DNA of 64,000 nt from Treponema sp. (lineage in GTDB: Bacteria > Spirochaetota > Spirochaetia > Treponematales > Treponemataceae). The stretch covers positions 35,603 through 99,602 of the forward strand of contig PDOP01000031.1 in the NCBI GenBank assembly GCA_002749205.1, written 5' to 3'. The translations under genes were made by a program, and so were the position numbers. The notes under the pieces were generated by a model. That model searched no databases. It saw only the letters and a list, made by a program, of their open reading frames with translations, and was not told the DNA's origin. This document shows positions 8,247-18,724 of the stretch, piece by piece. Position 1 is the stretch's first letter; each line of letters begins with the position of its first letter.

Positions 8247-9902
8247 TTATTCAATGTAAGCGTATTTTAAATTATATGTTCCAAGATAAAATTGGCGGAC
8301 ATTTTTTAAGTTTGGTTGCACGAAGATATTGTAGGTTTGGTTTGCATAAGGGGCGATGCAACAATCTTCTACGAGAAGAAGTTCTTCCGCGCGTTTGTAG
8401 TTTTCAAGTTGTACCGCAGGGTCGGCGCTTTTTTTTGCTGTAAGGACAAGTCGGGTGTATTCATCGTTTTCCCAGCCGGTTGGAACGATGCGATTGCCGG
8501 GCAAAAATAAGTCAAGATAGCGGGACGGATTTTCGACACCGCCTGCCCATGATTTAAATCCAATTTGATATTCCAAACTGCGATTGCGTTTCTTAAAGAC
8601 AGTGCTTTCAACTTTGTCCAATACAACATTTACGCCGAGTGTTTGAGTAAGGCTGCTTTGAAGATATTCGTCAAATTTCGAGCTTTCGTTGGACGGGAAC
8701 ATAATGCTGATTGTTACTTGAGAAGGATCAGTTCCAAGTCCCAATTCCTGCATGCCTTTAATAAAATGTGCTTTTGGGTCGCCTACATTTTCCAAAAGTT
8801 TTTTAATCGGCTCTCCGGCGAGGCTGCGATAATTTTGATTATCCAATTTTGTTGAAAGTGCCACAAAACCGTAAGCCGGTTTATAAATATTGTCAAACAG
8901 GTCTTTGCATATTTCATCACGGTTCAAACTTGCAGAAACAGCTTGGCGTATTTTTCTGTTTGAAAACAGTTTGTCTTTTTGATTCATAAAGACATACCTG
9001 ACGCGACTGTCAACTCCTGAAATTTCGGTAAAACGGTTTTGTGATTTTAGTTTGTCAATCCAGCTGATTGTGTAGGCTCTTGCGATATCGATGCTTCCGT
9101 TTAAAAGCTCACCTATTGCCGCATTTTCGCCGCGAATGATTTTAAATGTTAATGATTTAAGTTTAACATTTTTTGCATTCCAAAAATTTTCGTTTTTTAT
9201 CAATTCAATTTTACTGTTATGAATCCATTCTTTTACTTTGAAAGCTCCACTGCATATTATTTTTTCGGCATCGCTTCCATAAGAGTCCGGAAATTTTTCG
9301 ACTATGTCTTTTCTCTGAGGCGGAATTTTAGCGGCGAATTCATCCAAGTTTTTTATTGGGTATTCTGTTGTAATTTTTAATGTGTTTTCATCAATTGCAG
9401 TAATCCCAAGCTCGGTGTAATCCTTTTCGCCTTTCAATATAGCATCTGCATTTTTGATATAATCATAGTACATTGCCATTGGTGATGCGGATTCTTTATT
9501 GATTATTCGCTTAATGCTGTAAACAAAATGGTCGGCAGTAATTTTTTTGCCGTCAGACCATAATGCTTGTCTCAAATGAAACACCCATTCGGTGTAATCG
9601 GAATTATGCTCCCATGTTTCGGCAATTCCGGGTAAAACGGTGAGAGTCGCATCGTCTGCAGTTTCTATGTTAGTCAGGTTTTCGTTAATATAATCCAAAA
9701 CCACGAAAGAATATCTGTCAGATGCTTTTGCCGCATCTAAGATGCTTGGCTCAGCACCGAGTGAAGCCGCAATCACTTGCTCTTTTTTATGTGCCGATTT
9801 TTTATTGGCACTGTTACCGCAAGAAAGCAGTACAGCAAAATAACAAAGCATCAATAAAGTTTTAAACAAAGTCTTAAATAAAAAAGTATTTCTTGTTTTC
9901 AT
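8247..9902 (-). CDS. oppA: oligopeptide ABC transporter substrate-binding lipoprotein
   Basis: LLSC lipobox; EPSILD, PGIAETWE, WSDGKKITADHF, SGAFKVKEW: SBP family 5 pattern. Confidence 0.85.
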   Translation of the reverse strand: MKTRNTFLFKTLFKTLLMLCYFAVLLSCGNSANKKSAHKKEQVIAASLGAEPSILDAAKASDRYSFVVLDYINENLTNIETADDATLTVLPGIAETWEHNSDYTEWVFHLRQALWSDGKKITADHFVYSIKRIINKESASPMAMYYDYIKNADAILKGEKDYTELGITAIDENTLKITTEYPIKNLDEFAAKIPPQRKDIVEKFPDSYGSDAEKIICSGAFKVKEWIHNSKIELIKNENFWNAKNVKLKSLTFKIIRGENAAIGELLNGSIDIARAYTISWIDKLKSQNRFTEISGVDSRVRYVFMNQKDKLFSNRKIRQAVSASLNRDEICKDLFDNIYKPAYGFVALSTKLDNQNYRSLAGEPIKKLLENVGDPKAHFIKGMQELGLGTDPSQVTISIMFPSNESSKFDEYLQSSLTQTLGVNVVLDKVESTVFKKRNRSLEYQIGFKSWAGGVENPSRYLDLFLPGNRIVPTGWENDEYTRLVLTAKKSADPAVQLENYKRAEELLLVEDCCIAPYANQTYNIFVQPNLKNVRQFYLGTYNLKYAYIE

Positions 9903-9994
9903 AAACCGCTATATATCAAATTTAAGTAAAACTTTCAAGTGGTTTTAATCATAAAAATTGGCTTATTTTGAAAGAAGATGGCGATTTTGCTTTC

Positions 9995-10040
9995 AAGCAA
10001 AGGGCAAAAGATTTAAGGTGCGAGCGGGTTGGCGTTTAGC
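9995..10040 (+). repeat. family A element, copy 3 (3' half only)
   Basis: GGGCAAAAGATTTAAGGTGCGAGCGGGTTGGCGT; matches the 3' end of copy 4 (CAAAAG..GGCGT identical). Confidence 0.8.
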
Positions 10041-10114
10041 AAAAAAGCTCCAAATTCAGTATAATTTCTTAACGCTTTTATTTGAAGCTTTTGTTAATTT
10101 AAGTTAATCGCAGA

Positions 10115-12124
10115 TTAGTATCTAATGCGAACATCTTTTTTTCGTGGTGTTTCCTGTTTTGAATATGCAGTCTTTTCTGTGGCATGATGTGCCTGCAAGT
10201 ATTCTGCAATAGCGTCTTGCTCTCCACCTGTTTTACTGAAGCTGCTGTTTTTGCCAGGATCTTTGTTAATATTTTCTGTAGGATATTCAGCCGCATCTCC
10301 ATAGCCTTTGCCTGCATATAGATTTCTTCTTTCAGGTTTTGAAAGTGTAGCGAATGGATAGTCATCACCGCCATTTGCCAAGAAGTTCAAAGTAACCATT
10401 CTAAATCTTCTTTTTGCATCACCTTTGATTTTTCCGTTTTCAATAACAGTATCTTTTACTTTTCCGTTTTCGTCAACAATTTGAAGTTTGGTAACTCTGT
10501 TACCTGCCTTTTTTGTTATATCAAAAACGAAGTGCATTCCGGCAATTTGCGGGAAAGCTCCCGGAGTTTTTCCCGCGCCTGCACCAGCGACAGCATGCTC
10601 TAAAATCATTTTTAATTCTTCAGCTGTCAAAGAAAGAGTTACAAGACCGTTGTCGAATCTGAGAACTGCTTTCATGTGGCCTTCGGTAATAGCTCCCTTT
10701 TTGGTTCCATTTTCTTTACTTGCCGCAGGTGCTTTGTAAATGATTTTGCTTGTGTTGTTTGTTCCGGGTGGAACAATGGCTGTGCCGATTTCAGTTCGGA
10801 TACCGCCACCATTTTTAAAAGATATATCTACATGCTCTTTAGCCATAAGGTTTGCGTACCATAGGTTTGCGTCAGCAGAAAGGTCTCCAAGGTTTGTTTC
10901 TTGTGTACGAACTTGTGAACGGCGACCATCAAGATAAACTGAAGTGTAGCCAAGAACATTTCCGAATTGCTTTTTAATAATTGTTTGCATTGCTTTTTGC
11001 AGCTTTACAACTTCAGGAATTGGTTTTGCATTCAAATTTTTTACATTGTCAGCTGTGCTTGCCCAAGCTCCATTTACTGTGTTGTCAAGATTTCCTAATA
11101 ACATTTCACCGTTTTTGTCGAAGTCAACAACTAAACGACCTAAGTATTTGTAGTCCCCATCAACATTTACAACAACTATAGGTTTTTCATCCTTTGTTGC
11201 TGTAATATAAGGATATGCTTCTTCAAAACCTTTATCTCCCGTAAATAGAGTATCATTTTTGTCACCCATTCTTGTATTTGAACCTCCGGCAACGATAATA
11301 TCAACACCGTGTAGGTGTCTTGCCAGTTGCTTTTCAATACTAATTTGCTGCATGTGAGCTAATAGTATGATCTTATTTACACCACTGTTTGTAAGAGCAT
11401 CAACTGAAGCTTGAATTTTTTCAGCCAATTTTGGAATGTCCATACCTGATTTAGGATATAAAGTCATATCACCAATGCTGGTAATTGTACCAAGTAAGGG
11501 TGTTGAAGCTCCAACGATACCGATTTTTTCGCCATTTACAACAACAGTTGTATATGCCGCCAGCTTACCGGCACTCTTAGAATAATCAACACCGTTTTTA
11601 CCTAAATATTTTGCAGTATCTTCATCTGTGCTAAAATCGATGTTTGCTGAAAGGTAAGGAAATTTTGCACCTGAAAATTTGGCACCACCTTTGGCTTTTG
11701 GCTTTAGAGCATCACAAAATTCTTTTGGGCTTGCATCTAATTCGTGATTTCCCAAAGCAGAAGCTTTTGTGTTAAAAGCATTCATTAAAGCAATGTCAAA
11801 ATGACCGGGCTCATTGCTGCCTGTTAAAGCTGTAATTGCTTTTTGTTCAGCAGCATAGAATCGTTGACCGGGAATAATATTGTCTCCTGAACTAAGCACT
11901 AATGTAGAATTTCCATATTTCTTGTCATTAGTGAAAGCATTTACCAATGCAGAAAATTCATCAACCGAAGCTAATGCAACTTCTTCATTACCATCAACAT
12001 CTGCATAGTGCAATAATTGCAATGTGTATGCAGACTCCCCTTCTTTAATGACCTTTGATGTATCTACTGTAGCACAGCCAAAAACAAATACAACAAGCAT
12101 CATAGAAGCTAAAATTTTTTTCAT
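10115..12124 (-). CDS. bifunctional metallophosphatase/5'-nucleotidase lipoprotein
   Basis: FGC lipobox; LSSGDN, ALGNHE, ETNLGDLSADA, NGGGIR, FLANGGDDY. Confidence 0.9.
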   Translation of the reverse strand: MKKILASMMLVVFVFGCATVDTSKVIKEGESAYTLQLLHYADVDGNEEVALASVDEFSALVNAFTNDKKYGNSTLVLSSGDNIIPGQRFYAAEQKAITALTGSNEPGHFDIALMNAFNTKASALGNHELDASPKEFCDALKPKAKGGAKFSGAKFPYLSANIDFSTDEDTAKYLGKNGVDYSKSAGKLAAYTTVVVNGEKIGIVGASTPLLGTITSIGDMTLYPKSGMDIPKLAEKIQASVDALTNSGVNKIILLAHMQQISIEKQLARHLHGVDIIVAGGSNTRMGDKNDTLFTGDKGFEEAYPYITATKDEKPIVVVNVDGDYKYLGRLVVDFDKNGEMLLGNLDNTVNGAWASTADNVKNLNAKPIPEVVKLQKAMQTIIKKQFGNVLGYTSVYLDGRRSQVRTQETNLGDLSADANLWYANLMAKEHVDISFKNGGGIRTEIGTAIVPPGTNNTSKIIYKAPAASKENGTKKGAITEGHMKAVLRFDNGLVTLSLTAEELKMILEHAVAGAGAGKTPGAFPQIAGMHFVFDITKKAGNRVTKLQIVDENGKVKDTVIENGKIKGDAKRRFRMVTLNFLANGGDDYPFATLSKPERRNLYAGKGYGDAAEYPTENINKDPGKNSSFSKTGGEQDAIAEYLQAHHATEKTAYSKQETPRKKDVRIRY

Positions 12125-12151
12125 TTTTCATCCTCCAAGATTAAAAATAAT

Positions 12152-12191
12152 GAGGGAATTACAAAAGTAAGACGAATTTTGTAATTTCTTC
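12152..12191. repeat. family C ~40-bp palindrome
   Basis: GAGGGAATTACAAAAG..ATTTTGTAATTTCTTC. Confidence 0.6.
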
Positions 12192-12287
12192 AAAGTAACT
12201 TAGTGTATCACAAGTTATTAAAAAAAACAAGCAATCGAATTAAATCATGTTAAATCTAACCGAAAAAAACATACAAAGAAAATTGTA

Positions 12288-12612
12288 AGAATACCGGCGT
12301 GTAAAAGCCCGAGAAAAAATACTGAGCCGCTTGCAAAAGTCGGTTACTTTAGCAAGCACCTTAAAAAGAAGCTCATTTCATTGCACTTTTTGATATATTT
12401 TGGAAGAAATTGCAAAACTCGTCTGAGTTTTGCAATTTCCTATACTTTGTAATTTTTCTCGGGCTCGCATTTCGTTTAACCTTATTTTGCGAGTGCCGTT
12501 ATCCTTTTGTTTGATTGTTTATATAAGTAAAAGCGGTTCACAATTGTGAAACGCTGATTATTATTTTTCAGAAAAAAACAAAAGATTTAAGGTGCGAGCG
12601 GGTTGGCGTCAG
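12288..12612 (+). repeat. family A element, copy 4 (interrupted by a family C doublet)
   Basis: AGAATACCGG..[insert]..GTTTAACCTTATTTT..GTTATC-CTTTTGTTT...AAACAAAAG-ATTTAA..GGGTTGGCGTC. Confidence 0.85.
12324..12442. mobile_element. MITE/REPIN-like family C doublet (~120 bp)
   Basis: GAGCCGCTTGCAAAAGTC...TTTTGCAATTTCCT flanked by ATACT/ATACT; closely similar to 31231-31350. Confidence 0.7.
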
Positions 12613-12631
12613 CTAAAATTTTTTAAAAGTT

Positions 12632-15600
12632 TTAAATATGCTTCGTTATAATATTATTGGCAAAAATATGTTTTATTTTATCCACATTTTTCAATTGATT
12701 TTCATCTCCGATAACAGTCGCAACAAGATAATGATTTTTTGCCTGTTGCAAAAAAAAGTCGGCAAAGCGTTTCATGTCATCATCTGTAGCAGATATAATT
12801 CCAGCAACTTCTTCTTGTTTTTCATTTGCAGAAACACCGTTTAAAATTTGCGAAAAGCTTATCATACTTTTTGAATATGGTGTTTTAGGATTAACCTCTG
12901 TGTTGTATGCACCTACAATTAATTTTTCTATTCCTTCGTTTGTAAACTCTTCGTCTTTAGTCGTCTCAAAAATATTTATAATTTCATTTAGCGATTTAAG
13001 CGGATTTGGATCTCGATAAGTTACAACCGCAAAAAAATCTTCTAAACTTTGAGTGATGGAAAAGACACCATACGCTCCGCCAATTGTTCTAATGCGCTCC
13101 CAAAGAGGACCGCTTGAAAGCCATTTTCTAAATACATGAAGTTTTCCGTAAAGCATCGGACTGTACGGCATCGACTTAAACACAATTGTGCTGTGCGCAA
13201 CTTGAATGTTTGCAGGAATTAACTGAAGTGCCGGTTTTTCATTTTGTGATAATTGAACAGCGTGTTTTCTAAATATTTTTTTTGAAGGTTGAATACCCGA
13301 ATATCCTATTAAACATTTTGGAAGAACTTTTTTTAACATGTTTATATTTTCAGATGTACCGGTTAAATTTAGAAGCAACCCTGACGCTAATATTTTTTTA
13401 TGTATCTCCGTAAGTTTTTTAGAAATATTATCAATTTCATGTGCGTTGTTTTTAATATTATTATTTAGCTTTGTTAAAAAATTAAGTTGTGTTATACCGG
13501 CCCATCTTTCAGTAATTGCCCATTTATCGCTAACTGTTGCAAGAGTACTTGAGATTGTAAATGTATGCCCGCTCATTGCAGGCATGTTTTCAAAAGAATT
13601 TTTGGTTTCTTTTATAATATTAAGTAATCTTTTGCTATCGTTAAATGAAACATTCTTGATTAAGTCAAAAACAAATTCGGTTGCTTCAAAAACTAAGTCG
13701 CCCAACATTTTAACACATATCATAATCCAATCACGCCCGAGAATATCTTCGCTTCTCAATACATTTTGCATTTTAAAAAATTGAGGAATCTTTGTGATAT
13801 TTTTTTTTGCAGAAATAAGATTAACACTTATACCACCCAATAGTCTTGCAGAAATGCTCAACGAATCACTCCATGATAATTTATCGGTACCAATATCCAT
13901 CAGAGATGATGAATATAATTTTAAGTACTCATAATCTTCATCATCAATGCAATCAACAGGAATTGCAATATCAATATACGCAATATTATTTGTCGGTTGC
14001 TGATGAATTACCACAGGAATACCGGAAATACACTCAACTGTTTTTTCAGGAAGTGCTTCAACAGGCGGTAATTCATTTTTTGAAAGATATGGTATCAAAG
14101 CTTCAAGCTCAGGCGTATCAGCAGTTACTTTTTTCTTTTCTAAAACTGCTTGGTCTTCAAGTAGTTGTTTTCGCTTTACATCTGTTAATTCGGATTTAAA
14201 CTTTTCAATATACGATAAAACAGATGCTTGAATATTATTTGTATAATTTTTATCATGCTTAATTACGGTAGTGCATCTATGTTGATTTTCTATCAATAAT
14301 TCAGTTATCATCTTTTTTAAATAATTTTTATCTTTTAAAATATTTTTTTTCACTTCTTCAAATACAGAAATATATCTTAGCGCATCTTCAGGTTTACCGC
14401 CATAATTCCATGAATCATAAGCCCGTGACATCAAACTTAAACTAAAAGGGGCGCCACCTGACCTGACAACTTCTCTGTTTGAAAAGTCAATTATATTTAA
14501 TGCGGTCTGTATTTTATCATCGGAAATATCTGAACTAACTACGCTATTCAATGTTTCCAAAATTAAAGCCTCAACCTTTTCTTCATCGCCACTTTTTACA
14601 TTTGACATTCCGACAAAAAAAGCAATCGATTCATAAGGTGTTGCCAAAGAATTATACGGATACAATTCGCCAAATTCAGAATTCAACAAAGCCTTATTTA
14701 AAAAACTTCCGTCATGTCCAATCAAAAGCTCTTGCAAAATAAACGCTTCCATCAAATGCTTTACATCTTTTGTTTCTTTTAAAGCCCAACCAACCAAAAC
14801 AGTATTTTCTGAATCACTATCATCACCACTTTTTTCAGGGCCGGAAGCATAAACTTTTGCAGGTTTATCTAAACGAACAATCGGTTGAATTGGTTTTGGT
14901 TTTTGAGAATATTCAAAAAACGCCAAAAATTTTTCATCTAAAAACTTTAATTGCTTGTCTGTCGGAATATTACCGCATAAAAAAATCTTACAGTTACACG
15001 GATGATAATATTTTTTATGAAATGCTTTAAATTGCTCATAAGTCAATTCAGGAATAACGCGTGGATCACCGCCTGAGCTATAAGAATAAATACTGTCTTT
15101 AAAAAGATTTTGGCTCGCAATATCATAAGCTACATTTTCAAAATCAGAATAACCTGCCATCATTTCATTAAACACGACACCTTGAATTGTCAACTCACCA
15201 TTTTCATCAAACTCAAAACGATGTCCCTCTTGCTCAAACGCATGTTTATCCAACAACGGAAAAAAAACTGCATCGCCGTACACAGACATTAAATTAAAAT
15301 AATCTGCTTCTACAATTGAACTCGCCGGATACAAAGTTTTATCGGGATAAGTCATGGCATTCAAAAAAGTATTTATACTCTGTTTGTCCAAAGTTAAAAA
15401 CGGATCTTTAAGCGGAAAGTTTTTCGACCCGCACAACACTGTATGCTCTATAATATGTGCAACACCATTTGAGCTTTCAGGCGGTGTCGTAAATCCAAAA
15501 CAAAAAAGATTTTCAACATCATTATTTAAAACATGATAAACTTCAAGTCCGGTTTTCTTATGAATTGCGTAAACGCCTCGTGCCTTTAACTCCAACAACT

Positions 15601-15640
15601 CATGCTCCGAAATAATTTCAAAATTATGTATTTCTTTCAT
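12632..15640 (-). CDS. M16C (insulinase/PreP-like) metallopeptidase
   Basis: inverted zinc motif HIIEH; FLNAMTYPDKT.YP, GVVFNEM, RTIGGAYG, YRDPN. Confidence 0.92.
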   Translation of the reverse strand: MKEIHNFEIISEHELLELKARGVYAIHKKTGLEVYHVLNNDVENLFCFGFTTPPESSNGVAHIIEHTVLCGSKNFPLKDPFLTLDKQSINTFLNAMTYPDKTLYPASSIVEADYFNLMSVYGDAVFFPLLDKHAFEQEGHRFEFDENGELTIQGVVFNEMMAGYSDFENVAYDIASQNLFKDSIYSYSSGGDPRVIPELTYEQFKAFHKKYYHPCNCKIFLCGNIPTDKQLKFLDEKFLAFFEYSQKPKPIQPIVRLDKPAKVYASGPEKSGDDSDSENTVLVGWALKETKDVKHLMEAFILQELLIGHDGSFLNKALLNSEFGELYPYNSLATPYESIAFFVGMSNVKSGDEEKVEALILETLNSVVSSDISDDKIQTALNIIDFSNREVVRSGGAPFSLSLMSRAYDSWNYGGKPEDALRYISVFEEVKKNILKDKNYLKKMITELLIENQHRCTTVIKHDKNYTNNIQASVLSYIEKFKSELTDVKRKQLLEDQAVLEKKKVTADTPELEALIPYLSKNELPPVEALPEKTVECISGIPVVIHQQPTNNIAYIDIAIPVDCIDDEDYEYLKLYSSSLMDIGTDKLSWSDSLSISARLLGGISVNLISAKKNITKIPQFFKMQNVLRSEDILGRDWIMICVKMLGDLVFEATEFVFDLIKNVSFNDSKRLLNIIKETKNSFENMPAMSGHTFTISSTLATVSDKWAITERWAGITQLNFLTKLNNNIKNNAHEIDNISKKLTEIHKKILASGLLLNLTGTSENINMLKKVLPKCLIGYSGIQPSKKIFRKHAVQLSQNEKPALQLIPANIQVAHSTIVFKSMPYSPMLYGKLHVFRKWLSSGPLWERIRTIGGAYGVFSITQSLEDFFAVVTYRDPNPLKSLNEIINIFETTKDEEFTNEGIEKLIVGAYNTEVNPKTPYSKSMISFSQILNGVSANEKQEEVAGIISATDDDMKRFADFFLQQAKNHYLVATVIGDENQLKNVDKIKHIFANNIITKHI

Positions 15641-15815
15641 ATCGTTTCCTTTAATTTTTTTTTATTTTAACATTTTATAAAGAAAACAACAAGGCTTATG
15701 AACCTGATTATTTATTTTTTATAAAAATGTTTAGTTTATTTATTTTTTTAATACTACATTTTTAAAACCATATTACATCTCACCCTGTACTGTAAAAAAT
15801 CAAAAACATTTTTCT

Positions 15816-15978
15816 CAACCCGCGACCACCGCATAACCTTTTGTTCTTTAATTTAATTTTTAATCAGTGTTTTACGCTATCGCTCCAACCACTTTTTCTT
15901 TTTAATTTAATCGAACAAAAGTGTAGACTGTGGTCGCCAAATCATATTAATCGTTCTGTATAATATGTTAGGTTTTCT
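15816..15978 (-). repeat. family A element, copy 5
   Basis: minus strand: AGAAAACC..TGATTTG-GCGACCAC-AGTCTACA-CTTTTGTTC...GAACAAAAG-GTTATGCG-GTGGTCGC-GGGTTG. Confidence 0.85.
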
Positions 15979-16106
15979 TTTTTTTATCACGACAGTCATT
16001 AAAAATAACCATATTTTATATTAAATAAAATTATTTTTTCTCTTGATTTTTTATTAAAAACATTATATTCTCATATTGAAAACAAATATCACAAAGGATG
16101 CCTGCA

Positions 16107-17045
16107 ATGAAAAAATTATTTATTACTATTTTCTTCACTTTTATTTTTATAATAGGATGTAAAACACAAAACGATTCAATAAATACCGCAATATTAATTC
16201 AGCGACCGGAGAGAATGTTTTGGGAAATTAAAGGTCCAAAAAACAGTATATACATTCAAGGCACAATTCATGTAGGAACGGATGAAATGTATCCGCTTGA
16301 CAAAAACGTCTTAAAATCATTTAAAAATTCAAAATTAATATATGCTGAAATTTCATCAAAGGATATTACAAAAGCACAATCAAAAATTTTGAGCTTAATG
16401 TTTTCAAGCATTGAAAAAGATAAAACCAAACGCATTGAAGCAAATATAACTAAAACCGAAAAAAAAGTACTAATCGATACTTTAGGTAAAACAGCATATA
16501 CCCAATTAAATAAATTTAAGCCTTGGGCAATGAATTTAGGTATTATGGAAGTAACAAACCAAAAATTAGGCGTGGATCCACAAAAAGGTATCGATATGTT
16601 TTTATATCAACTGGCAAAAAAACAAAAAAAAGAAGTCTTGGGTTTAGATGAACTGGAAACCCAATTGAATATTCTCAAATTTGGCACAAATAAAGAGCAA
16701 ATATATATGCTAAAAGAAACAATTGCAAGTATAAAAAATCAATCATACCAAAAAGAATTCGAGCAACTGATTATTGCTTACTTAGAAGATAATAGAAGTA
16801 AACTTGAAGTTTTACTTAATTCATCAATAGAATATGAATCAGAGGAACCTGAAATAATTGACCTGCAAAAAAAATACTATAATGCTTTAATTTTAGAGCG
16901 AAATACAAGATGGACAACTACTATTTCAGAACTTTTAAATCAGCATAATGATGTTTTTATTTTTGCAGGCTCGGCACATTTTTTAGGTGAAGACAGTGTA
17001 TTTAATATTATGCAAAAAAACGGATCTCTTGAATTAAAAAAATAA
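16107..17045 (+). CDS. TraB/GumN family lipoprotein
   Basis: IIGC lipobox; IQGTIHVG, GIDMFL, GLDELETQL, ERNTRW, AGSAHFLG. Confidence 0.85.
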   Translation: MKKLFITIFFTFIFIIGCKTQNDSINTAILIQRPERMFWEIKGPKNSIYIQGTIHVGTDEMYPLDKNVLKSFKNSKLIYAEISSKDITKAQSKILSLMFSSIEKDKTKRIEANITKTEKKVLIDTLGKTAYTQLNKFKPWAMNLGIMEVTNQKLGVDPQKGIDMFLYQLAKKQKKEVLGLDELETQLNILKFGTNKEQIYMLKETIASIKNQSYQKEFEQLIIAYLEDNRSKLEVLLNSSIEYESEEPEIIDLQKKYYNALILERNTRWTTTISELLNQHNDVFIFAGSAHFLGEDSVFNIMQKNGSLELKK

Positions 17046-17075
17046 GTAGGTAAAAACATTGAAATAAAACTAAAA

Positions 17076-17114
17076 AAGAAATTGCAAAAGTCAAACGAGT
17101 TTTGCAAGTGGCTC
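17076..17114. repeat. family C ~40-bp palindrome between convergent genes
   Basis: AAGAAATTGCAAAAGTC..GAGTTTTGCAAGTGGCTC. Confidence 0.7.
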
Positions 17115-17120
17115 GCACTT

Positions 17121-18710
17121 TTATTTATTCATTTTAAAAACCGTACTTACTTTTAATATATCCGATGAGTATTGCCAAAAAAGCATATTACCGGTAAGCA
17201 TAATCCGTATAGGACTTAACTCCGATAGTTTATATGCGTAAGATAAATTATTTTCAGGTGTTTGAGAAATACTTAAATGCACAATATAATTTTTATCGTC
17301 TATTTTTTCAAACAAAAAATAAAGTGTTTCAAAAAAAGAATATCCGTTTGCCGAAAATAATCTATCCGCAAAAACCAAAAAACTACCGTCATCTGCAACC
17401 GATGAGCAAGTAATATTAGAAAGCTCAGGAATTAAAGACTTGCCGTTTACAACTAATTTTAAAATCTCGACAGGATTGATAAGTTTTTCTTCAGAGCTTT
17501 TTGGTTTTTCTTTAGATACTCCTTTTGTCTGTTGCTCATTTAGTTTAACCAGCTCCGACAAAATATTGTTTAACACATCATCATCTAAGTTGTTTGCATT
17601 TGGTGTCGTAATTTCTTTATTACCTAAAACTGTATTTAATAATCCCATAATTGAATTATTATTCATAGTCTCCAATTTTTTCGCCGTCAAACCGGAAAAA
17701 TTCTTATTTTGAGTTTTAGTTTTTTTTGCATTATTCTTTGCATTACTCTTAAAATTAGGCGGCTTAGGTGGTGCAGGTATGGAAGGCAGTACCCAAGCAC
17801 CTGGTTTAATAATTATTTCAGGGATTTCGGGCATTACAGGAAAATCAGATGAGCTGTCATCAGCAAACATATCTAATGGAGAAATAAAAATTATAAAAAA
17901 CCAAAATAAAAAAGCTGAAATTGGTATTTTTTCAAGTTGATTTTCTACATCATTCAAACGCTTTTTTAATGTAACAATTGTTTTTTCAATTCTGTTTTTT
18001 TCTTTTTCTAGTTTTTGTCTTATGTCAATTTTATCATCTTTTTTTCTACCGAGTGCTTGTCTTACAATTGCAGGACTTTTGTTTTGCAAAAACATCTTTT
18101 CAGCTTCCAACCTTTTTTCGTTTGACCCAATTTTAGAAACTTGTTTCATTGCTTCATATCCAATACTCGGGTCTAAATCATAAGCACTCATTTTTTCGAT
18201 TGCTGTACTCGCCGCTCTAGGTAAGCATAAAACTCTGTCAACATAATCTTCGTAGCGTACTCCGGCTTTTTTACACAACCCTCTAGCCTTGTACAACAAT
18301 GACCCTAATCTTTTCATCAATTTACCGTTTTCCACCAAAATTGTATTTCGTATTTCATCTGTAATTTCCAAAAGCTCAGGAGAATTTTCCAACTCTATTT
18401 TATATAAATTCAAGCTCTCGGCTTTTTCCAATAATTCGTGAAACTTACTCCAAAATCGAGGGGGATGAAAACGATTTGTATAAAACCCGCCTTCAATTTC
18501 ATAAAGTTTATGATGAGTATATTCATGAATTGCGGTATAAACAAGCTCTGAATCAGCAGAAAAATTTTTGTTGTGTAATATAATTTCATGCACATCAGGT
18601 TTATAAAGCCCGTTTACTTTTTTGCTTTTTTTACCGGTGAAAATAACAGAAAACTCAAGTTCACTGTCTTCAATTTTTAATAATAATTCTTTTATTTGAT
18701 CTTGATTCAT
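17121..18710 (-). CDS. hypothetical protein: N-terminal HExxH domain + coiled coil, internal signal-peptide-like segment and a distinct C-terminal half (possibly two fused genes)
   Basis: IHEYTHH motif; GGGAGA SD before ATG 18710; hydrophobic IPISAFLFWFFIIFISPLDMFA in mid-protein. Confidence 0.6.
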   Translation of the reverse strand: MNQDQIKELLLKIEDSELEFSVIFTGKKSKKVNGLYKPDVHEIILHNKNFSADSELVYTAIHEYTHHKLYEIEGGFYTNRFHPPRFWSKFHELLEKAESLNLYKIELENSPELLEITDEIRNTILVENGKLMKRLGSLLYKARGLCKKAGVRYEDYVDRVLCLPRAASTAIEKMSAYDLDPSIGYEAMKQVSKIGSNEKRLEAEKMFLQNKSPAIVRQALGRKKDDKIDIRQKLEKEKNRIEKTIVTLKKRLNDVENQLEKIPISAFLFWFFIIFISPLDMFADDSSSDFPVMPEIPEIIIKPGAWVLPSIPAPPKPPNFKSNAKNNAKKTKTQNKNFSGLTAKKLETMNNNSIMGLLNTVLGNKEITTPNANNLDDDVLNNILSELVKLNEQQTKGVSKEKPKSSEEKLINPVEILKLVVNGKSLIPELSNITCSSVADDGSFLVFADRLFSANGYSFFETLYFLFEKIDDKNYIVHLSISQTPENNLSYAYKLSELSPIRIMLTGNMLFWQYSSDILKVSTVFKMNK

Positions 18711-18724
18711 AATTTCTCCCAATG

